Positions 1 to 10,500 of a stretch of DNA of 64,000 bases are shown here, one piece after another. Position 1 is the stretch's first letter; the number at the start of each line of letters is the position of its first letter. The notes beneath the pieces were generated by a model. The model saw only the letters and a list, made by a program, of their open reading frames with translations. It had not been told where the DNA came from and did no database searches. Source of the stretch: Hydrolagus colliei (lineage: Eukaryota); assembly GCA_035084275.1 (NCBI GenBank), contig CM068746.1, positions 36,704,001-36,768,000 on the forward strand, in the 5' to 3' direction. Both the position numbers and the translations under genes were made by a program.

Positions 1-39
1 AATTAACATGGGGTTGCTGAAAAAGGTTGAGAGCCACTG
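1..39 (-). mobile_element. hAT-Charlie-type MITE end (truncated by window)
   Basis: Reverse complement CAGTGGCTCTCAACCTTTTTCAG matches the left end of the 27574 element; followed by ttctagac, a Charlie-type target. Confidence 0.7.
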
Positions 40-40
40 T

Positions 41-163
41 TCTAGACATCCCAAAGTGCTTCACAGAATATACTGTAAAGTGAATTGACTCTATATTTGT
101 GGGCAAAACATGGCAGCCAATCGTGCACAACAGGGTCCCACAAACAGTCGTGGATTGAGTGAC
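41..163 (-). mobile_element. tRNA-derived SINE (dominant family), fragment
   Basis: cacagaatatactgtaaagtgaattgact...ggcagccaat...cccacaaacagtcgtggattgagtgac is shared with more than 25 copies in the window. Confidence 0.85.
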
Positions 164-1462
164 TACGACTGCTCATTGGTACTGTAACGCATCAGTTATA
201 TGATAGGAAACTAAATTTGAACCCACAGTTCACAAATGAATGATTAAACTTACAAAATTTTGCTTCATTAAAGGGGCAGTACTTTGAACAAATGCACCCT
301 CATTCCCTTGAATTAAACTCCCCTTTAACCTTGTATAGGTACTGCTTTTGTAAGCAAAGAAAAAAGAATCTTCCATTAAGATTTTGTTTCATAATTCTAA
401 TTAATGAAATAAGATACTTTAAACATCAATTTTAAAAATCTGCCTAGTATGTAGACTGAGCCCTGCATGCTCTAAGCTCCTATTCTAGTTATGAATGTAA
501 TAGTAGAAGCTATTTATGGTTTATTCAAATCTCTCGCTTAAATCCCTCAAAAAATACAATACATGATGTGACCCATTAAAGTGCAAAAACAGAAACCTAA
601 GAATTTACAAGCAATATGAAAAGTCGTGGGGAATGTTCTCTTATTCATGATTGTTTAACAAGCAAAGCAGATGATTAAAAAAATGGACTTAAATATAGAA
701 CTTGTCACGTAAGCATGTACTGATAGTTCCATAAATGTATTGTTTGCAGGTTTACTCGTGCACCCGTGCCTCCAATTTACTTTAACGGAGAGGAAACCTG
801 AAGAAAAGTGCTTTCCATTGAAATGACTCGTTCAAATGCTGGTAGTTCCAACAACAACAAAATTGCATCGAAAGAGCGCCCTGATGTGAAAGGCACTACA
901 CCAGTGCAGTTTTGTTGTTTTTGTTGTTAAGGTCGGGTGGACGTCCCAGCTCTTCTTGCAAATGCAGACCAAAGCTGCCACCCTGTTAAAGTAAATGAAA
1001 GTAACGAGGGCAAGTTTCATCTCCTCCAGCAGCAAAATAATCAAAGAAAGAGGGGAAGTGCTACCGGATCCCAAAAACCAAGGACAAACCAAGGACAATA
1101 TTTTATAAAATATTATTTTATAAAATAATATCACATATTCTTGTGCAGTTAGGTGTTGGGAAATAATTCAACTGGAATGTCCTTCCCATCGGTTTTCTAT
1201 ATAAATTATTCATCGGTACTGTAAAATATCAGTTATATGAAAGGAAACCTAAATTTGCAATCATCCTTCACAAGTTAAAATGTAACTCTTTAGCGGCACA
1301 AATAAGCTAATTTGTTGACTCATCTGTATCTCAATTTGCTTTGTTATAGTAATCAAATGTCACTGACTGGTGTTTCGCCTGAGACATGTCTGCAGTTTAA
1401 GGGTTAAAAGAGTTTCACGTGTGAAAATGCATCCTGCTATTCTTGTATGCATTTTCAGAGTA

Positions 1463-1938
1463 CAGGCAAACCCCGCTTAATGTCGTAGTTTGGTTCTTAA
1501 AAAGTGTGACTTTAAGAGAAACAATGTTTAGTGAATACATTTTTTCCCATAAGAATGAATGTAAAAACTGGAGTTAGGTTCTTTTGGACATTTTTCATCA
1601 TATTTTCTTTTAAAAAAACCATAATACTCACTCCCTGACTGCCTGCCCAGCTCGCTCGCTCCCTCCCTCGCTCCCTGACTGCCCGCCCAGCTCACTCACT
1701 CCCTCGCTCCCTGACTGCCTGCCCAGCTCACTCACTCCCTGCCTGACTGCCTGCCCAGCTCACTCACTCACTGGTCTCACTCGCTGCCGGCCTGTCTCAC
1801 TCTCAGGTCCTAAAGCCATCGTGACCCCTTTCCACCGAACTACGTAATAGCAAACATTGCAACGTTAAGTGAATAATTTCCCAATGTATCAGCAACATAA
1901 TAACGTTAAGAGGGGCAACATTAAGCAGGGTCTACTTG
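1463..1938. mobile_element. Tc1/mariner (Tigger-like) MITE with internal minisatellite
   Basis: TA flanks; TIRs CAGGCAAACCCCGCTTAATGT / ACATTAAGCAGGGTCTACTTG. Confidence 0.8.
1628..1800. repeat. ~30-40 bp minisatellite (ctccctgactgcctgcccagctcactca...)
   Basis: Four to five visible degenerate units. Confidence 0.85.
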
Positions 1939-2139
1939 TACAATACTGATACAAAATAAAAATTAATAATCCTTGCCTAATCAAGGCTTCCAGATGTCTC
2001 AAAGCGCTCATTGACAATTTTTGTGGCTGAAATGGCAGCCAATTACGTACAGCATTTTACCACAATCACTTGTGGATTGAGTGATTAAATTATTATTCAT
2101 ATTATTTTTTGAAGGGGCCAACTATTCTTAACATCAACA

Positions 2140-3020
2140 CCATGCTCAAATTAACACGGTATGATGGGGTATAGAGTTTAGATTGGAAGAGTATACAGCA
2201 GCTGAGTTCTGAATTAGCTGGATTTTATGAAGAGTGGAGCTGGGGAGACTGAAGAGAAGGCATTTGAATAATTGAGGCAGGAGGTAACGAATACGTGGTT
2301 AAGGGTTTCAGCTGTGTTGGATGTAAAAGTCAGAGGTGGGAATGTGTTGAGAGGAAAGCGGTCCTGGTCAGGGACCAGATGTGGAGTAGCAAGTACAGCT
2401 GGGAATTGAACCTGACGCCTCAGTTACATACATGTTCAGTGAAACTGTAGCCTATTGGTTTGAGCACTCGCCTCGCAAGCGAGAGGACCCAGGTTTGATT
2501 CCTGGGCAGGGTGAAATCCTAGGCAAGTTTCCTTACTCCACACACTTCTGTTTATACCAAGCAATAAGTAGGAACCCAGTTACTAAGTCGATTGGTAAAT
2601 CACTTTCCAGTGGTATTAATCCCTTTTAAAAAAAATGTGGTCACTCAATTAATGATTGTTTGCGGGACACTATTGGGTGCAATTGGCTGCTGTGTTTCAT
2701 ACGCAGAATACACTGCAAAGTTAATTGTACATTTTGTGAAGCGCTTTGAGGCATATCAAAGACGTGATAAGGCCCTATACCAAGTGCAGGGAGTATGATT
2801 AGTTTTAGGAAATAGGCTGGATAGGTCGAGACGGACAGAGTACAGGAGATAAGATAATGGCGGATGGCTTTCTACTTGTCAACAGTCAACTGCAGGCAGT
2901 TTGCACTCAACCAGGCCTTGATGTCTGACAAGCAAACTGACAGAATATCAGCAGACCTGCAGAACAGGCATCCCGTGTCTGCGGGTGACATCACCGAGAG
3001 GGTGCATGCAAATAAGGAAC
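2140..3020 (-). mobile_element. L2 LINE fragment interrupted by a SINE
   Basis: Both flanks of the SINE align with the L2 copy at 53632-54765. Confidence 0.65.
2445..2800 (+). mobile_element. Near full-length tRNA-derived SINE
   Basis: tRNA-like head (ctcgcctcgcaagcgag, B-box-like ggtttgattcc), family body, L2-like tail. Confidence 0.88.
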
Positions 3021-5084
3021 TGGAGTATTTGCTTTGACTGTGAGCTCAAGCCCTGAAGTGGGATTGGAACCTACAGGCTTCCGACTCAATTAAATACAAA
3101 CTAAACATTCAAATAAGTTAAAAGTAGGAATAAAATGCAAGGCAGAGCTGCAATGGCTCAAGGTCACTGCAATGTTGTGATATCTTCTCAAAAGAGCAAG
3201 AACAAAATCACATTTTATCGTTGGTTTTGTGACAGCAGGGACTATTTTATTTTTGTCTCCTGATCATTGGTGACTTGTGGTTGCTTGGGGAACATATGTT
3301 TAGAGCACAATATCCTTAGCTTGTGGGTGAAGGGCAGACAGCTGTTAAAGAGGTGAACACCATAAAAGGAACAAAAATTGTATGGTGAAAATTACAGCTC
3401 ATGCACTGAACAATGCAACCCTTGGTATAAATATCCCTTCTCTCCCTGGTGTATCCTTCAAAAGAGCAATAATTCTCTCGCAGCTGAACTGCATTGGAAA
3501 TTTTGGCAGACAGCAAGAGCACACAAATTCAGCGATTTGGTCCAGTGCCTCTAAACGCATTGCTGGCTTTGGCAGCCATTTATTTAAACCCAAGACGCCT
3601 GGACTGCAAAGAAAGCACAGTAAACTCAGTATCACAGGAACACAACACTATTGAAGCACACGATGTATAATGTGAAATCTATTTTGCGCAGTATGGCTCG
3701 CACTGCAACAATTGCTCAACACATCCACTTCAGTGTTTCAAAGCCTGTCATTTGCTTTCTCCATCCCACCCCTCTTTGGAACCCGAAGAGGTTAACAGAC
3801 ACCAGATGACTTGTTTAAATAAACGAAGCCAACTTTCCTCATTCCCACACATCTCTGAACTTTACAGCGGTTGAATGGTCACCAGGAAGCTCCCCTTAAG
3901 CTTTGATTATGACCCATTTTTATCTCCAGTATTCCCATTCCTCTTGAATGGTTCTTTTCCCCTCCTCCTGCTCTTCAGTATTCCCAGTTCATTTGAGAGG
4001 GCTTTCATGGGTTTAATGCTGTTTCTATTTACTTTAAAAAACATACATGAATATGAAAGATGGACATCATATTCTCGATGGCGATTAAATTATAAAGTAT
4101 ATTTCAATTGGTAAAGCTACAGTCTTATGTGAAACACAAAGGCTCCCAGGTACAACGCCTATGCTCTGCTAAATCAGATGATCTCGGTCAGAGTGGAAAC
4201 CACAGCACTAGAGAAGCTAAAATTTGAGAAGTAAAAATTTGTCTTCACATCCTGGTAAGGGAGGGCAATGGAAGAGAGCAAAGATGTGGCTCCCTTTCCC
4301 AGCCATTATCCAATACTCCTGCTCTAACGCTCTGCCCTGTGAGTGATTAGGACTGATCTCAAGTAGGATTGTCTCTCTCCCTCTGTATAACACCTCTCCT
4401 CTGCTCACTCCCAACAATATTCACAAAGCTGACTCATACTGGAAAAATGACCAAGTTGAAAAGTATGGTGGGGGGGGGAGGGAGAACCATTCACCTGCAC
4501 AAGAACATAAAGAGTTCGCCACGTGAAAGAAGACCAAGGTCTAATAAATTCCCATTCCACTTGGCAGTCACTTGACAAGTTGTGTTCCAAACTATATACT
4601 GTATTCCGAGATATTATTTTCTAGCAGAAATGTATCCCAATTTGTTATTGAAACAAACAGCATTTTCTGCTACCAGTCTCCTGATAGCCTGTACTCACTC
4701 ACTGAAACATGCGGGAGAGTGAGAAACACAGATTTCTAATACTACTCTCAAAGGATTTCCCCAATCTAACTCAAGCATTTTTCAGCTCTGTAATCTGAGA
4801 GTTTAATGAATTTAAGTTATGCTTTTTAGGATTGAAAAGGCTCTCGGATCATGCCGTGTTACAAATGTCGTTTTACCAATGAAGTGTTAAATTCTGTAAA
4901 CCCGAGTTGCATCATGTGCTGCAATGTAGCCATGCATTTCCTGTGTGGGGGCGGCACAGCTCAACATATGCTTGCAAAGTGTGACTTACTCTTACTGTAA
5001 TGGCAGTCAAGTTTCTTTTCATTGAACAGCTTAATCAACTCAGCAGAAATAGAATGGCTGTATAGAAGATCACCCCACAAATTA

Positions 5085-5425
5085 GATTTGTATAGCGCCT
5101 TTCATGTCAGGAGAACGTCCCAAAATGCTGGACGGTTAGGGATTTCGGACTCGAGCTGGGGTTTGGGAATCAGGAGAGAGGCAGCGCAGGTGGGATAAGA
5201 GGGTAACCAAAGGTGCGATCGAAGAAGAGGGTCTTGAGATGGGCGTTGAAGGAGGTGAGGCGGAGGGACTTTGGGAAGGAGTTCCCAAAAATGGGGCAGA
5301 AGCCCAAATGCTGAAGGTGGCCAGACGGGACATTCAGCCAAGGGAACAGACAGCATGGGATTCGCAGGCCATAGATGTAGGGAGAAACATGAAGAGGGCT
5401 TTGAAGGCAAGAACTACTTGTTTAA
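5085..5425 (-). mobile_element. L2 LINE 3' fragment
   Basis: Tail gatttgtatagcgcc followed by L2 ORF2-end-like sequence. Confidence 0.6.
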
Positions 5426-5505
5426 ACTCCTAATTTTTTGGAAAAGGCAGGATTTGTGTTGGCTGCAGTTCAGTGAAAAGGAACTGAACACATGACCTTT
5501 GACAT

Positions 5506-6080
5506 AATCATAGAATCATAGAATTATACGGCACAAAAGGAGGCCATTCGGCCCATCTAGTCTGTGACGGCTTTTTGAACAGAGCAACTCAATCCCACTG
5601 CCCAGCTTTCTCCCCATAACCTAACAGACCTGTTCTCCCTAAATAAAGATCAAGTTCCCTTTTAAAATCTGTTATGGAATCTGCCTCCACCACCTTTTCA
5701 GGCAATGCATTCCAGATTCGAACAATCCACTGAGTGAAAAAATTTCTCCTCAGCTCCCCTCTGCTTCGTTTTGAAACTATTTTAAATCTGTGACCACGAG
5801 TCACTGATTCGCCCACCAGTGGAAACAGTCTTTCCCTATTCACCCTGTCGAAACCTCTCATAATCTTATAAATCTCTATTAGGTCTCTTCTCAATCTTCT
5901 TTGTTCTTGAGAGAATAAGCCTAGCCTATCTAGCCTTTCCCTTTCCTCATAGCTGAAGTCCCTCATTCCTGGTACCATCCTACTAAATCTCCTCTTCACC
6001 CTTTCTAATGCCTTAATATCCTTCCTAAATTGTGGTGACCAGAATTGTACACAGTACTCCAGCTGAGGCCTAACCAAAGT
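5506..6080 (-). mobile_element. CR1 LINE 3' fragment (ORF2 C-terminus)
   Basis: ORF 5589..6077 VRPQLEYCVQFWSP...LERV..R..RMVPG...RRLRRDLIE...TRGH...NFFTQ..V..WNALP is the CR1 ORF2 end; (ATTCTATG)n-type tail at 5506-5525. Confidence 0.93.
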
Positions 6081-6537
6081 CTTACAGAGAATCTTTTACT
6101 CAATACTGTAACTAATATCGGATTAATCAATTTCTCCATAGACCTGATTTTACCACTGCAGTCCCCTACAGTACTTGCAAAACAATCTTCAATAATAAAT
6201 GGGAAGTAAAGAATCCTACTCATTTTAAAAAAAAAATGCTAACGCAATCCACTTGTGAGTTAATAGTTATGCAGCTCAAGTAACATTTCAAACAAATGTA
6301 CTTTTATATTCACTGACCTATTTTCCTCTCCCACAAGTGTATTCCAACTGGTAGGAACTAGGTTTGTGTGTGCATTTTTATTCAAAATGGGCTTTTCTTA
6401 GCTTTTACATAAATAAATCATATCTGTGGGCCAAAACAGTTTGAAGTTCTCAGCTACAAGTATTGCCACATAATCAACCCACTCTACCTACATCAGTATC
6501 AGCAAATGGATATCCTCAACAAGAAATGTACACTTAC

Positions 6538-7505
6538 GTTTTTCAGCTTGTAAATTCAACGTGTTGGATGGTTGTTCTCGAGCAATAGACAAAGGTGATA
6601 TTTTTCTCACTGAAGGGGTTTCATTTTGCACAGTGGAAGTAACAGTGGCACTTAAAACACTGGAGACACTTTTAGGTATAGCTTTGCCAACATCCATCTC
6701 CTCTGGTTCAGAGTCGTCAGAATGGAGAGGGTTAGTAAAACTGAGGGGTGGTAGATTTACACAAGGTTCACTCATGCCCACGGTTACAGGGGGAACAACA
6801 GGTGTCTCCTTGGAGGATGTCTCTGCTGTCAGAGTGGGTGCAGGAGAAGACTGACATTCGGTTTTGAATAATTTATCAGCAGTGGAAGACTTGCTAAAGG
6901 CAGTTGGGGTACATTCAAGACTTTGCTTGTTCCACGAGGCTTGAGCTCTCTCTTTGAGAGGCAGTTGCACTGGTCTCTGTAGAACGTCAGAACTTAGCTG
7001 ACTCTTGACTTCCTGAGTCGCACAAGTGTGCTGCAGAGTGTCCACTTGGGAGTTCACAGAGTTCAATTCCTCAGATTTACACATCTTCTCAATCTCAATC
7101 GCTGAAGTGGATTTAGCTTTATTTAAGGGTGCTCTGTTAAAAGAACCGTTTCCACCAGGTGATGACATTTCAAAACTCTTAGGTCCTTCTTGCAGTGGGA
7201 TCTTCTTTATTTCAATACTCAGTTTTCTCTCCAGCTTTTTCTCGATAGATTCAGTGTGTGAAGAGGGACAATTTTCAATCTGTTTGAAGGTGTCCGCTGG
7301 CTTGTTGTAGTTTTCGTTGAGGTCTGTGGCATGTGATTGTGTAAACAAGTGGACGACTGGCTTGGGATGATATCGATCGTTATCCTGCCAGACAGTAGTA
7401 ACAGCCGGGTACGCAGATGGAGGTGAAGGAGTCAGGATGGGTGGGACTGGTTGTGGCTCTGGAGGTTGCAAGATTTCTTCTTTAGCATCCCCTTCCACCA
7501 GGCAG
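6538..7505 (-). CDS. PTPN12: PTPN12 exon 13, large PEST/proline-rich exon
   Basis: tgtag| acceptor, |gtaagt donor, 968 nt; [17 protein letters not shown]...PSPPSA...[11 protein letters not shown]...NPLHSDDS; overlaps ORF 6488..7498. Confidence 0.96.
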
Positions 7506-10500
7506 CTACAAAAATATTATTGGAAACAACGACATGAACACAACCGAGACACAAGGAATAGATAAAACCATCTTATGAGAACAAAAACATAAAATCTAAA
7601 GGTTGTTTTATTGTCAAACCACAGACAGTGGTGAAGTTTAGATCTTTGTGGAAACAAAAAGCAACACAGGAAATAGAAATTAAATTTCAAAACTAACTTT
7701 TGTAAATTGAATTTTAGACTGCTTCTCTCTGCCTGTGAAAATGATTTACAATGTAAAATTCAAACCAATGGTAATCAAGAATAGTTCACAAAGTCAACAA
7801 AAACCTTAAAAGTTGTCCAATAACTTAAAAGTACAAATTAGTTATCCTACAATACCGTTATTTAATGCATAAATAATGTTTTGTCAAGGATATTGTAATT
7901 CTTGTATTTGATAGTGCCTTAGCATGTCGTCAAAATGCTTCACAGGAATTATTGTAAAACATAGTGAATGTAATTGGGAGGCAAATGTGGCATCCAATTT
8001 GTATCCACAAGACTGCCACAAACAGCAGTGAAATGAATGATCAATTTCACCCTCAAAATATACAGTCAATTCATTTTACAGTATATTCTGTGGAGCGCCT
8101 TGAGACACCTCGAAGACATGATCAGGCGCTATATTAAATGCAAAGATTCTTAAGGGTTATTATTATTAGCTGGACCAATGACACCAGGAGAAATTACCTC
8201 TCTTTTTAAATATACTTATTGAATTCACAAGTGCTGCATTTTCTTCCCTGTCTGGTCAAAGGATTTAAAATATCTGCTCACACGCATTGAAAGACCTTCT
8301 GTGCGATTCAAGCCTAACGTTCAAGAAGTGAAATGAGTGTTCTGACAAAGTGAATCATTTATTTTCAGATTTATTTCTCCTTGGAAGCTCAATTTATTCT
8401 ACTATATTTCTGAACACAATTTGATTATCAAATGTAAATTTCGGTACTCTCCAGAAGTTTTGGAGCAAGAAGCTAATTGAATCTTTTCGTTATGAAATTC
8501 TAAACCTCACTGCCAATCCAGTGAAATGGAACAATAATAGCTGCTGAACAGCAAAAGTCATTTTTCCATTGCTGGTATGTGTTTAAACCATACAAATCTA
8601 AATTTACTTTCGAGACACTGTGGCAAGATGCTCACTATAATCAAGTTTCGCACTGTAGTCAAATTAGAATGACCATGTATGCCGCAAGACGAGCAGTGGA
8701 AAATGTATCTAAAAATTTCTACCGTTGCACATCAAAGGAAGCAGCAGACTGTACAATACACAAATGACTAATTATTCAAAAAGTGAGGCCTCAACTCAAA
8801 ATTAGCTTGGTTCATGTAGAAAGGGCAAAAATTGACAGATCATGCACCGTTACAAGCAGGCTTCCTCTTTACTTTACCAAAATATTACAACACAAGGCAC
8901 CAGTATTTCACAGAGTGTTATTATTGTAGAAATGGTCAACTTCTGGGTTGTCACATTATCTCTGAATGTAATGTCCTATACACTGCTGCATAGGTGCTAT
9001 ACTTTTATCTAGAATTATGGCTCAGAAGTCACCTTTCCACATAGCACAGATTACAGTTGACTCAAAATCAGTTTGGTGCCATTTGAACAGCATTTGTGCC
9101 CAAAGGTGATAGGGGTAAGTAATGTCAAGGTGTAATAAATCTCTCCAATCCAAATGCCTGGAAACATGCATTAATCTCCTCAATTCCTCCCAAGGCATCT
9201 CCAGGCCAGAATTTAAATTCAGTGATGTGAAAACCTCTAAAGAAAATCTCCCACATTCAACTACCAGGCCCTGAAGTTCATCTAACTGCCACAACAAGCT
9301 TCCCATGGGTGTAAAATAACTAGCCAGACTGCCTGCCTTGAGAGTTCAGAGTGAGTGACAAAGGACAATAAGAGTTGATCTGCCACTGGTCAGTAAATGC
9401 ATGTGATGTTGCACAGAATTTCATCTATTGGAAAACATAATTGGAAGAATGGTTAGAAAAAAAACATTCCAATAAGATTTTTTTCCTTTCTGTGCACTAC
9501 CTGTCTGTACCTACGAATGAGCAATATTTTAGACACAGAATACAATGGAGATTATCTGGAATCATATGTTACCTGCACTACACAGCGCACAATAGTAAAT
9601 ACTATGGTCCGTCAATATCAAAATTTTCCGATATCGATATATCGATTTGCCCATATCGATATATACCGATATCTCGGGGGGGGTTTTGTCCTGCGCATGT
9701 GCGCGCATTCCGGTGTGCACGCGCATTCGGATATCGACAAGGTAAGTTGAAAAAGTCCACATTATACCGATATATCACTGGACACGATATACTGATATTT
9801 GCGATATATCGATTTCCCCCCTGATATATCAAATTTTTCAATATATTTTAAATTCTGATATCAGCATATCGATATGAAAATTATTTCGGATATAACTGAT
9901 ATATCGCCGGACCCTAGTAAATACACACATCCATTACAGGTGTCTCTGCACTAGTAGAGCTATTCACCATCACCAATATTCACTCAGAACTAATGCAATG
10001 CTTATTCTGATTATGGGGACCCAAACCATATTTTTATACATATAAATATTTACCTATATATCAAAATTTAGTGCTAGTAAGGGAGAGGGTTGCATTGTCA
10101 GATGTGATGTTAAACTGAAGCAAGGATTATTATATCAAATTATAAAATGTTCCGCCTTGCATCATTAATACATCAAAAGCATATTCTCAAACAGTACATT
10201 CCCCTCAGTATCTCAAAACTGTGCAACTCCTTCAGCATTCCCATCATATTATAATCGACTGACATTAAACCACTCGCAGTAATGTTTTACCTTATTTTGT
10301 CACCTGTAGTATCAATTAAATAAAATTACCTTCGGACTCGTGGCGGCTTTGGCGGTGGCATGTCAGATTTCTCAGCAACAGAGGATGTGGCAGTATTCTC
10401 GGTACTAATTTCATCCTGGAAAAAAAAGGTTTAAACCACTAAGATAGACCAAGACTCTGGATTACTGCAGCCAAAGCATTTTTAAACAAAATAATTTGCT

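Noticed and set aside
5589-6077. 162-aa ORF as a host gene
   Set aside because: It is the C-terminus of CR1 ORF2
1-6537. PTPN12 exon 14 candidates (PPLPGCED near 4245-4270; acceptor-like cttttcttcag near 797)
   Set aside because: Neither gives the expected PPPLPERTPESF-like sequence in the required phase; the exon probably lies outside the window
6561-7310. Plus-strand ORFs of 97 and 94 aa
   Set aside because: Antisense shadows of PTPN12 exon 13
9441-9841. Overlapping ORFs on both strands
   Set aside because: By-products of the palindromic hAT MITE
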